Assembly (NCBI GenBank): GCA_035634635.1
Contig: DASQCO010000075.1
Location: 3,382 to 67,381 of the forward strand
DNA length: 64,000 nucleotides
Source: Polyangiaceae bacterium
Lineage (GTDB): Bacteria > Myxococcota_A > Polyangia > Polyangiales > Polyangiaceae
Direction: 5' to 3'
Shown here: piece by piece, positions 8,754-17,221 of the stretch
How positions within the stretch are numbered: position 1 is the stretch's first letter
Layout of the letters: every line of letters begins with the position of its first letter
Notes under the pieces: generated by a model
What the model saw: the letters and a program-made list of their open reading frames with translations, nothing else
What the model was told of the DNA's origin: nothing
Databases searched by the model: none
Made by a program: the position numbers and the translations under genes

Positions 8754-9545
8754 GTGGCTGCGGTATCAGCACTGTACGTTTATCCGATCAAGTCGTGTCG
8801 TGGGATCCGAGTGCGACAGTGGCCGGTCGTGACGCGTGGCTTCGTCGCTGATCGCCGTTGGATGGTGGTCGATGCCAACGGCAGGTTCGTGACGCAACGC
8901 GAGTTCTCGCAGCTGGCCTTGGTCGATACCGCAATCGACGGAGAGCGACTGCTGGTTGACGCGCCGGGGCAGCCGCAGCTCGAGCTACCGCTCACGCACG
9001 AGGCCGGCGCCTTGCGTACGGTAGAAGTCTGGCAAGACCGCACCGCGAGCGTCGTGCATGCGGCGGGTAGTGCGTGGTTTTCGAGCTACCTCGAGGCGCC
9101 ACACGAGCTCGTGTACATGCCGGAGAGTCACCATCGGCAGGTCAATCCCGCGCGCGCAAAGCTCGGGGACATCGTGAGTTTTACTGACGGATTCCCCTTC
9201 TTGCTGATCTCCGAGGCATCGCTGGCGGATCTGAACTCGCGCCTGGAATCACCGCTGGTCATGGAGCGCTTCCGGCCGAACATCGTCATTAGCAATGTCG
9301 CGCCGTTCGCCGAGGATGAGTTCGCGCACGTCCGGATTGGAGAGATCTCGTTTCGGGGCGTGAAGCGCTGTGAGCGTTGCGTGATCACGACCATCGATCC
9401 GCTCACCGGTGAACGCGGTCGGGAGCCGCTGCGCACGCTCTCGCAGTATCGCCTAGTCGACCAGAAGGTGTGGTTCGGCATGAACCTGATCCACGACCAT
9501 GGCGGCGTGCTGCGCGAGGGTGACGAGGTCTTGCAGACGCCCTGA
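8754..9545 (+). CDS. MOSC domain protein (YcbX/mARC-like)
   Basis: LYVYPIKSCRG, DRRWMVV, FTDGFP, RFRPNIV and CERCVITT motifs. Confidence 0.9.
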   Translation: MAAVSALYVYPIKSCRGIRVRQWPVVTRGFVADRRWMVVDANGRFVTQREFSQLALVDTAIDGERLLVDAPGQPQLELPLTHEAGALRTVEVWQDRTASVVHAAGSAWFSSYLEAPHELVYMPESHHRQVNPARAKLGDIVSFTDGFPFLLISEASLADLNSRLESPLVMERFRPNIVISNVAPFAEDEFAHVRIGEISFRGVKRCERCVITTIDPLTGERGREPLRTLSQYRLVDQKVWFGMNLIHDHGGVLREGDEVLQTP

Positions 9546-9590
9546 GCGCGGCTCCCATCACCCGCGCTTCAGGGCGTTCGTCAATTGGAC

Positions 9591-10343
9591 TTAGGCAGTG
9601 CAGCCGATCGTGTACGTGTGCGTGTGACCGGTGCTGTCGGCGTCTTGCACTTTGCCGGTCACCGTGCCGTTCGCGAGGAGCGTCGCCACTTCGGCGGTCG
9701 TGAGCGTGATCGTGTGCGTGTGACCCGGCGCTGACGGGCCGTCCGCGGGGAGCGTGAACTTCATCGTGGGCGTGGAGCCGTTGATGAATGCCTTCAAATC
9801 CGCCTTTAGCTTGGTGATATCCGCCGCCATGAGGATGCCACCCGTGGAGACGTGAGTGTGCGTGACCGCCGTGGGGGTGACCGCGGTTTGCGTGATCGTC
9901 GCGTTGCCGCAACTGCCGCCGGCAGAACCGCCGCCCGCGCCTTTGCCACCGGTGCCGGTCGCTGCTTTGCCGCCGTGGCCGCCTGTGCCAGTCGCGGCTT
10001 TGCCGCCCGTGCCAGTCGCGGCCTTGCCACCCGTGCCGGTCGCCGCCTTGCCGCCAGTGCCGGTCGCGGCCTTGCCACCCGTGCCGGTCGCAGCCTTGCC
10101 ACCCGTGCCGGTCGCGGCCTTGCCACCCGTGCCGGTTGCTGCCTTGCCGCCGGTGCCAGTTGCAGACTTGCCGCCAGTGCCGGTTGCTCCCTTACCGCCC
10201 GCGCCGTTACCGCCTGCGCCCGGGCCGCTGCCTCCGCCACCACCATTCGAGGAACTGTCGCTACTACATGCCGCCGCGACGAACGCGCCGACAGTCGCGG
10301 CGCTCAAGACCAAAAAGTTTTTGCGGGTAAGCGATCGGGACAT
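9591..10343 (-). CDS. Tat-type lipoprotein with (TGTGGKAA)n linker and His-rich C-terminal domain
   Basis: TRKNFL Tat-like motif, AAAC lipobox, about 10 octapeptide repeats and three HTH motifs (THTHV, GHTHTI, GHTHTY). Confidence 0.7.
   Translation of the reverse strand: MSRSLTRKNFLVLSAATVGAFVAAACSSDSSSNGGGGGSGPGAGGNGAGGKGATGTGGKSATGTGGKAATGTGGKAATGTGGKAATGTGGKAATGTGGKAATGTGGKAATGTGGKAATGTGGHGGKAATGTGGKGAGGGSAGGSCGNATITQTAVTPTAVTHTHVSTGGILMAADITKLKADLKAFINGSTPTMKFTLPADGPSAPGHTHTITLTTAEVATLLANGTVTGKVQDADSTGHTHTYTIGCTA
9940..10200 (-). repeat. 24-bp coding tandem repeat (~10 copies, TGTGGKAA)
   Basis: GCCTTGCCACCCGTGCCGGTCGCG-like units repeat on the + strand. Confidence 0.9.
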
Positions 10344-10624
10344 CTGAAGCCTCCAGGCGTTACGTGTCTCACTCGTTTTAGAAAGCACTATGAAACCGAT
10401 TCCATAGTGGAGAGACAGTAACATAGGCCAGAAACTGGGCACGTCGCTTTCACGCCCGCCCAATGCCCGCTCGTGACGGCTTCCGAACCCAGAACCGACT
10501 GACGCGGGCGAATCTCGCCGATGGCCACTGGCACGGGCAATTGCCGGAACTAATTAATGTATTTAGAGCACCAGCTCATGACGCGATCGTCATCGGAGTC
10601 TGATCTGCTCCAGACACACGCCAG

Positions 10625-11122
10625 TCACAACATCAGCTGCAGATACGCAACATCCAACCAGGTCTCAAACTTATAGCCGGCTTGCCGCAACAGGCCGGCT
10701 TCGGTGAAGCCGAAGCTCTGGTGCAAAGCGATGCTGTTCGGCTTGTCCGCCGAAATCAGGGCGATCACGGTGTGGTGCCCGTGGCTGCGCGCGGCCGCGA
10801 GCAACTCACCGAGGAGCGCTTTGCCGAGGCCGCGATGCATGCGGTCGTGGCGCACATACACCGAATCCTCGACGCTGAAGCGATAGCCGACGCGCGGGTG
10901 AAACGCGGACAGGGCGCCCCACGCCAGCACTTCACCGCGCTCCTCGGCCACGAGCACCGGGTGCTGCCCGCCGTGCCGCTCGAACCAAGTCTGCCGCTCA
11001 CTCAGTGAGTCGGGCTCGGTTTGATAGGTGCACGTGTCGTGCAGAACGTAGTGATTGTAGATTTCGTTGATCGCGGCGCAGTCTTCGAGGAGGGCCGGGC
11101 GGATCGTGATCGGATCCGCCAC
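10625..11122 (-). CDS. GNAT N-acetyltransferase (phosphinothricin/methionine-sulfoximine acetyltransferase family)
   Basis: IYNHYV, VEDSVYV, GLGKALL, SIALHQSFGF and GYKFETWLD motifs. Confidence 0.88.
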   Translation of the reverse strand: MADPITIRPALLEDCAAINEIYNHYVLHDTCTYQTEPDSLSERQTWFERHGGQHPVLVAEERGEVLAWGALSAFHPRVGYRFSVEDSVYVRHDRMHRGLGKALLGELLAAARSHGHHTVIALISADKPNSIALHQSFGFTEAGLLRQAGYKFETWLDVAYLQLML

Positions 11123-11125
11123 GAA

Positions 11126-11710
11126 TCAGGCCGCCGTGCTGGGTACGCCGCCGAGCTTCTCGAGCAGTGCTTCGAGCGACGGAGCGCTGGCGGCCTTGAT
11201 GCGCAAGCTGAGCGGCTCTTTGCTGCCCGGCAAGCGCTCGATCGCGACGTCGCCACCGTAGACGCGCCCGAACAGCGCTTGGACCTCGGCTTGCGTACTC
11301 GCGAACGTCGCGTCGTCGTTCGGCGCGCGCAGGCGATCGGTCAAGCGCAGGCTGAGCTCGTTGCTCGTGAACCGCAATTTGAGGCCGCTTTCCTGCTCGA
11401 GCAGGCGCGCGACGTTGACCAAGCGATGAAGCGCATCTTCGAGACGGGCGCCTTCACCCGGGCCACCGCGCTTGCGGCTGAAGACCAAGCCGAGCGCGCC
11501 ATCGAGCGCACCGACATAGTAGTCCGCAGCGTGACCGATCAGCACCACACCGGGGCCGTCGGGGACGTGGCTATAATCGACCACGTCGATCACCAGGTCT
11601 TTGAGCACCTGATCGCGGATGAAGCGATGAAACACCGGGATCAGCGCTTCGAGTTCGAAGTGCTCGCTCGGTTCCAAGTAAAGCTTGAGCTGTAGGCGTT
11701 CTGAAAGCAT
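11126..11710 (-). CDS. Conserved hypothetical protein in the sulfite reductase operon
   Basis: Well-formed ORF with an IPVFHRFIR...IDVVDYSHVPDGPGVVLIGH block, co-oriented between the reductase and the GNAT gene. Confidence 0.7.
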   Translation of the reverse strand: MLSERLQLKLYLEPSEHFELEALIPVFHRFIRDQVLKDLVIDVVDYSHVPDGPGVVLIGHAADYYVGALDGALGLVFSRKRGGPGEGARLEDALHRLVNVARLLEQESGLKLRFTSNELSLRLTDRLRAPNDDATFASTQAEVQALFGRVYGGDVAIERLPGSKEPLSLRIKAASAPSLEALLEKLGGVPSTAA

Positions 11711-11764
11711 GGACGTTCTCGACTCGTAAAATCTCTGGCGGGGAGGCGACGCAGCGCTCTCGCG

Positions 11765-14017
11765 TTACGGCAAGGCTCCGGCGATGCGCGTGTAGCATTG
11801 GTGTGCGGCTTCCACGAACAGCTGCGCTTCTTCGATCAGTTGGTGCGCGCTCTCCTTGGACGCCGCCTCGCCGCGGTGCTCGTAAGCGCGGAAGAAGTAG
11901 TGCGCGAACTTGCCACCGGAGAACGGGTCGAAGAACAGCTTCGTGTCGTAGTAGTGCTTGCGGAATTCGCCGACGATTTCGTCCTCACCTTCACCCAAGA
12001 ACGAGTTCTTCTCCCGCGTCAGGGCCTGCGCGGCCTTGACCATGGCGCTGAGCGCACGGGCCGAAGCGCTGTCACTGGCCCCTTCGTCCATCAACAACTG
12101 TGCTTCGAACAACTCGCGCTCGCTGTCAGCCAAGCCGACCTGCACCAGCGGCACGACTTCACCGGCGCACTCCCCGACGCCCAAATCACCGATGGTGTAC
12201 TCGCGCGGATCGCCCCAGTCCGAATAGAAGCTCGGATCCTGCTCGTAGCTCGGGATCACGCTCAGCTCGTCGACCAGCTTGCGGATCTCCTTCTTGCCGA
12301 TGCGACCGACGAACGACTGAAAGTTTTCGCCGTCTTTCTTCTCCGCTACGAAGCGATCGGTGAGGATCTTCACCGCTTTGGGTACGTGCTTGGACGGGAT
12401 CGCGCCGATCGCCAAACCGTAGGAGCCGGCGTTGTTCTTGTACTGACCGCCGATCACGAGCTGGAAGTGCGGCACACGTCGGCCGTTCACGTTGCGGCTC
12501 ACGCCCAAGAAGCCCATGTCGGCCACGTGGTGTTGACCGCACGAGTTGGAGCAACCGCTGCACTTGATGTGCAGGCCCTGCGCCGCGGGGTCGAGCTGAT
12601 CGGAGATCACGCTGAGCCGCTTGTGCAGCTCGGTAGCGAGCCCGCGGGACGACGAGATGCCGAGCTTGCAGGTGTCGGTACCGGGGCAAGACGTGACGTC
12701 GGTGATGTGATCGGCGCCGGCTGCGCCCAACCCAACCTTGGTCAGTTCTTGATAAAACGCTGGCAAATCCGCGTTGGAGACCCAGCGGTAGAGCATGTTT
12801 TGCTCGACCGTGAGGCGCATCGAATCGCCCGTGTAGCGGCGCGCGATATCCGCCATCAAGCGACCTTGAGCGGGCGTAAAGTCGCCGAGCGGGAGAGTGA
12901 TCTTGGCGGTCGAATAGCCCGCCTGGCTTTGCGCTTGGACGTTGGTCTTGCGCCACGCATCGAAGCCCGCGGGGTAATTCCCAGGAGCGAGTTCGGAACC
13001 CGGCTTGAGCGGCTTCTCGTCGGTGACGTGCAGGTCCTTCAAGAACGCGGTCCAGCGTTCGTCGGGGCGCAGCTTGGCGCGCTCCTCGAGTACGAGGCGC
13101 TTGAACTCTTCGATGCCGAGCTTCTTCACCACGAACTTGAGGCGCGCACGGGCGCGGTTCTCACGCTCACCGAGCCGCGCAAACACGCGGCACACGGCCT
13201 GCGTGATCGGGAACAGCTCTTCCTCGGCCAAGAACTCGTCGAACAGAGTGGCTGGATAAGGAACCGCGCCGAGTCCGCCGCCCACGTAATACTCGAAGCC
13301 ACGCTTCACTTCGCCGTTCACGACGCGCGTTTTCGCGATCGCGCCCGCGTCGTGGAAGTTCGTCAAACCGCACGGCTCGTCCTTGCAGCCCGAGAAGGCA
13401 ACCTTGAATTTCCGGCCGAAATCCTGCGTATCCGGGTGCCCGAGCAAGAAAAACGCCAGCGCATCCGCGTACGGAATCACATCGAACGACTCGGTGTTGC
13501 ACACGCCCGCGTACGGACACGCGGTCACGTTGCGCACCGTGTTGCCGCACGCCTCGCGCGTGGTGATGCCCGCCGCAGCGAGCCGGCGCATGACGTCCGG
13601 CGTATCTTCGATGTGGATGAAGTGGAGCTGAATGTCCTGGCGCGTGGTGATGTGCAGGATTTGATCCGAGTACTCTTCGGCTAGCTCGGACAACGTATCG
13701 AGCTGATCGGCCGAGAGCTTGCCGTACGGGATCTTGATGCGCTGCATGCCCGGGGCGTCCCACATCGTGACCGGGCCCTTGGTGAGCTCGCCCGACGGAT
13801 ACGGCAGAGTCTGCGTCTTCTCGCCGTCGTGGCGTTGACCGTTGTCGTACCGTTGACCGTACGTGCCACGGCGCAGCCGCGTCTCGGCGAAGAGCTTCTC
13901 CTCGACTTTGCCCTTCTTGCGCAGCTCGATCTGGGTCTCGAAGATGTCGATCTCCCGCGCCCAATCTTCGCGCACTTGGCCAGTGAGCTTCTGCTTCCAG
14001 GTCGTCGCAACGGTCAT
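11765..14017 (-). CDS. Ferredoxin-dependent sulfite/nitrite reductase (sirohaem) with C-terminal helical extension
   Basis: HITTRQDIQ, TREACGNTVRNV, RKFK, CPGTDTC and SGCSNSCGQH (sirohaem/4Fe-4S ligands). Confidence 0.92.
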   Translation of the reverse strand: MTVATTWKQKLTGQVREDWAREIDIFETQIELRKKGKVEEKLFAETRLRRGTYGQRYDNGQRHDGEKTQTLPYPSGELTKGPVTMWDAPGMQRIKIPYGKLSADQLDTLSELAEEYSDQILHITTRQDIQLHFIHIEDTPDVMRRLAAAGITTREACGNTVRNVTACPYAGVCNTESFDVIPYADALAFFLLGHPDTQDFGRKFKVAFSGCKDEPCGLTNFHDAGAIAKTRVVNGEVKRGFEYYVGGGLGAVPYPATLFDEFLAEEELFPITQAVCRVFARLGERENRARARLKFVVKKLGIEEFKRLVLEERAKLRPDERWTAFLKDLHVTDEKPLKPGSELAPGNYPAGFDAWRKTNVQAQSQAGYSTAKITLPLGDFTPAQGRLMADIARRYTGDSMRLTVEQNMLYRWVSNADLPAFYQELTKVGLGAAGADHITDVTSCPGTDTCKLGISSSRGLATELHKRLSVISDQLDPAAQGLHIKCSGCSNSCGQHHVADMGFLGVSRNVNGRRVPHFQLVIGGQYKNNAGSYGLAIGAIPSKHVPKAVKILTDRFVAEKKDGENFQSFVGRIGKKEIRKLVDELSVIPSYEQDPSFYSDWGDPREYTIGDLGVGECAGEVVPLVQVGLADSERELFEAQLLMDEGASDSASARALSAMVKAAQALTREKNSFLGEGEDEIVGEFRKHYYDTKLFFDPFSGGKFAHYFFRAYEHRGEAASKESAHQLIEEAQLFVEAAHQCYTRIAGALP

Positions 14018-14081
14018 CAGTGAGTCTCCGGGCCCGGGATGCTAATGGAACGCCCGAGCGATTTCGTCCCGGCTTTATACC

Positions 14082-14114
14082 CGGGATTCCCGACGTTACA
14101 AGTCGGGAATCCCG
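14082..14114. promoter_or_regulatory. Perfect 13-7-13 palindrome; IscR/CymR-like Rrf2 operator candidate
   Basis: CGGGATTCCCGAC-gttacaa-GTCGGGAATCCCG lies about 65 bp upstream of the reductase start. Confidence 0.55.
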
Positions 14115-14320
14115 CAAACGCTATTCGGTTCCGCCTGATTCACGGGACTTTGTGCACGCGAGCCGCCGCGAGGCAGCCCCAAACCCGCCACCACCGCACC
14201 GCGTCGGAGAAACGTGCCCGATGACGAACGGCGCTCGCGGTCCCAACACCGCACCCCTCTCGTGGAAGCCCCTCCTATTTCCCCTCGAAGGGTGCCGTTC
14301 TTCGCAGCACCTCCCGAAGC

Positions 14321-14728
14321 GAAAAAACAACTTCGGATCCGAACCATCTTTTGCCAACTCGAAGCCCCACCCCTGCCATCCCGAAAAATACTTCGGATCC
14401 GAACCATTTTGCCAACTCGAAGCCCCTGCCATCCCGAAAAAATACTTCGGATCCGAACCATTTTTGCCAACTCGAAGCCCCCTGCCATCCCGAAAAAATA
14501 CTTCGGATCCGAACCATTTTTGCCAACTCGAACCCCCTGTCATCCCGCCTTCAAGAAAACCCTCGGGTAGCCGGCAGCACGATTCCTTGCAGCCCCGCAG
14601 CCCGGCTTCGCTGATCGGTCACCGAAAAAATACTTCGGATCCGAACCATTTTTGCCAACTCGAAGCCCCCCTGCCATCCCGAAAAAATACTTCGGATCCG
14701 AACCATTTTTGCCAACTCGAAGCCCCTG
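14321..14728. repeat. Tandem array A: six ~56-bp units with palindromic core TTCGGATCCGAA (4 + 2 copies separated by ~75 bp)
   Basis: Unit GAAAAAATACTTCGGATCCGAACCATTTTTGCCAACTCGAAGCCCCCTGCCATCCC starts at about 14321, 14383, 14436, 14492, 14624 and 14681. Confidence 0.95.
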
Positions 14729-14860
14729 GCCAAAAGCGAAGTTTCGAATTCGAGCCGTTGAAGGTTTTGAAAGTGACCTCACGAGGTCAAAATCGACTGC
14801 ATCCGGGTGAGGTCAAAGGTGACTGCACTCCCTGTGCGGGCGGGCTGAGGAAGGTCCACC

Positions 14861-15063
14861 CTGGGTGACCGGACTCTGAGGTGACCCGCACTCTGAGGTG
14901 ACCGCACTCTGAGGTGACCGCACTCTGAGGTGACGGCACCCTGAGGTGACCGCACCTGAGGTGACCGACTCTGAGGTGACCGCACCTGAGGTGACCGCAC
15001 CTGAGGTGACCGACTCTGAGGTGACCGCACCTGAGGTGACCGACTCTGAGGTGAGAGCACTCT
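14861..15063. repeat. Tandem array B: ~13 copies of a 15-17-bp unit CTGAGGTGACCGCA(CT)
   Basis: GAGGTGA recurs 12 times at 15-17 bp spacing between 14878 and 15048. Confidence 0.95.
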
Positions 15064-15081
15064 GCGTGCGGGCGGTGGACA

Positions 15082-15432
15082 AGGGTGGGAAAAGGCGGGA
15101 GCGGGGGCCCGGACCAAGCCCGGGAAAGGGAAAGGCCGGCAAGAGGCGGGGGCGGGGCCGGACCAAGCCCGGGAAAGGTGCGGAGAGGCCGGCAAGAGGC
15201 GGGGCCGGGGGGACCAAGCGCGGGAAAGGTGCAGAAAGGCCGGCAAGAGGCGAGGGGCCCGGGGGGCGGACGACGCGCGGGAAAGGTGCGGAAAGCCGGC
15301 AAGAGGCGGGGGGTCCGGAGGCGGACGAAACGCGGGAAAGGTGCGGAAAGGCGGCAAGAGGCGGGGGGTCCGGAGGCGGACGAAACGCGGGAAAGGTGCG
15401 GAAGGGCGGGCAAGAAGCGGGGGGATGCGCGG
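15082..15432. repeat. Tandem array C: ~6 G-rich 50-57-bp units
   Basis: CGGGAAAGGTGCGGAAAGGCCGGCAAGAGGCGGGGGG..GGAC units, with GGGAAAGG at about 15122, 15171, 15222, 15279, 15334 and 15389. Confidence 0.9.
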
Positions 15433-15475
15433 GAACTGCCGGCTTTGGCCGGCCCGTGCTACACGCGCGTCATCT

Positions 15476-17218
15476 ATGCGGTACTCGCGCGCTCTCCTTC
15501 CGACACTCAAAGAGGCTCCGGCCGACGCCACCAGCAAGAGCCACATTTTTCTACTGCGATCTGGCTACGTTCGGCGCGTAGGCGCCGGGGTGTACAGCTT
15601 TTTGCCGCTCGGCGTGCGCGTGTTGCGCAAGGTCGAGGCAATCGTTCGCTCTGAAATGGACGCCGCGGGCGCGCAAGAGGTGCTGTTGCCCGCGCTGCTG
15701 CCCGCCGACTACTTCAAGGAGACGGGGCGCTGGGAGATGTTCGGCGACACGCTCTTCCGACTCAAGGATCGCAAGGACGCCGACTATCACCTCGGTCCGA
15801 CGCACGAAGAGATCATCACTGATTTGGCGCGCCGCGAGGTGAAGAGCTACCGCGATTTGCCGAAGAACTTGTACCAAATCCAAACCAAGTTCCGCGACGA
15901 AGCGCGTCCGCGCGGCGGGCTCCTGCGTTGTCGCGAATTTTCGATGAAGGACGCCTATTCGTTCGACGTGGACGAAGAGTCGGCCAAGCAGAGCTACGAG
16001 CGCATGCGCGTGGCGTACACGAACATCTTCGATCGCATGGGCTTCGACTACCGCATGGTCAGCGCGGACTCGGGCGCGATGGGCGGCTCGGGCAGCGCTG
16101 AATTCCAGGTGCTCGTGCAGAGCGGCGAGGACGTGATCGCGGCGTGTTTGCAGTGTAGCTACGCGGCCAATTTGGAGGTCGCCAAGGCTCCGCCCTTGCC
16201 GCGCAGCGGCCCTGCGCCGGAAGCGGTGCCTGCGCTCGAAAAGGTGCATACGCCGGGCGCCGGCAAGATCGAAGCCGTCTCCAAGTTCTTGAATCAGCCG
16301 GCGAGCAATTTCCTGAAGAGCTTGCTCTATGTGGTCGGGAGCGAGCTGGTGATGGTCGTGCTGCGCGGCGATCACGACGTGAATGAGGTAAAGTTGTCGC
16401 GCGCGCTCGGCGTGGGCGAGGTGCACTTGGCGCAGCCTGCTGACGTCGTGAAAACGACGGGCGCGAAGGTCGGCTATGCCGGCCCGGTCAACTTCAAGGG
16501 GCGCGTCGTGATTGACGCGGACGCCGCGAGCCTCACTGATGCGGTGACCGGCGCAAACGAGACCGATTATCACTTGGTGCACGTGCAGCACGGCCGTGAT
16601 TTCCAGGCCCAGGTCGTGGAAGTACGCCAGGTGATGGACGGCGATGCCTGCCCGAATTGCGGCGCTACCCTCAAGCTTTACCGCGGAATCGAGGCTGGCC
16701 ACATCTTCTTGCTCGGAACGCACTACACTTCGAAGATGAACGCCACGTATCTGGACGTGAAGGGCGAGCATCAGACGATCGTCATGGGTTGCTACGGCAT
16801 CGGCGTGTCGCGCTTGGTGGCTGCCGCGATCGAGCAACATCACGACGACAACGGCATCATCTGGCCGATGGCGATTGCCCCGTACCAGGTGCATTTGGTG
16901 CAGCTCGGTACCGAGCCCGAAGTCATCGCCGAAGTGGCGCGACTCGAGCAAGAGCTGGAAGCCGCTGGCATCGAGGTCTTGGTCGACGATCGCGAGGAGC
17001 GCCCGGGCGTGAAGTTCAAGGACGCCGATTTGGTAGGCATTCCGCTGCGCGCGACCGTCGGTGCGCGCGGTCTGAAGAGCGGGCAGATCGAGTTCAAACG
17101 GAGGAGCGAGAGCGACCCGAAGAAGGTCGAACTTCTGCCGCAAGCCGATGCAGTGCGTCTGATCACCGAGCGGGTACGCGGTCTCTTGGCGAATCCGAAG
17201 TCGACGAAGGCGAGCTGA
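15476..17218 (+). CDS. proS: Proline--tRNA ligase (bacterial type with editing domain)
   Basis: LGPTHEE, KFRDEARPRGGLLRCREF, ADSGAMGG, GIEAGHIF, MGCYGIGVSR and GVKFKDADL motifs. Confidence 0.97.
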   Translation: MRYSRALLPTLKEAPADATSKSHIFLLRSGYVRRVGAGVYSFLPLGVRVLRKVEAIVRSEMDAAGAQEVLLPALLPADYFKETGRWEMFGDTLFRLKDRKDADYHLGPTHEEIITDLARREVKSYRDLPKNLYQIQTKFRDEARPRGGLLRCREFSMKDAYSFDVDEESAKQSYERMRVAYTNIFDRMGFDYRMVSADSGAMGGSGSAEFQVLVQSGEDVIAACLQCSYAANLEVAKAPPLPRSGPAPEAVPALEKVHTPGAGKIEAVSKFLNQPASNFLKSLLYVVGSELVMVVLRGDHDVNEVKLSRALGVGEVHLAQPADVVKTTGAKVGYAGPVNFKGRVVIDADAASLTDAVTGANETDYHLVHVQHGRDFQAQVVEVRQVMDGDACPNCGATLKLYRGIEAGHIFLLGTHYTSKMNATYLDVKGEHQTIVMGCYGIGVSRLVAAAIEQHHDDNGIIWPMAIAPYQVHLVQLGTEPEVIAEVARLEQELEAAGIEVLVDDREERPGVKFKDADLVGIPLRATVGARGLKSGQIEFKRRSESDPKKVELLPQADAVRLITERVRGLLANPKSTKAS

Positions 17219-17221
17219 GCG

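Noticed and set aside
11798-13684. Long antisense ORFs (also 15551-17296, 30428-32248, 23307-24539)
   Set aside because: These are shadow frames of well-supported genes in high-GC DNA.
14020-14120. SAM or other riboswitch ahead of the sulfur gene
   Set aside because: No conserved riboswitch core was recognised; only the palindrome is supported.
14321-15432. CRISPR array
   Set aside because: The units are head-to-tail with no unique spacers (one insert only), and there are no cas genes in the window.
14120-15475. Chromosomal replication origin
   Set aside because: A local skew flip and divergent genes are present, but I saw no DnaA boxes, no long AT-rich unwinding element and no dnaA, rep or par genes.
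14020-15654. ORFs across the repeat block (e.g. 14020-14868, 14779-15546, 14946-15581) and the 15341 start for proS
   Set aside because: These are translations of DNA repeats whose unit lengths vary by non-multiples of three. ProS homology begins at MRYSRALL (15476).
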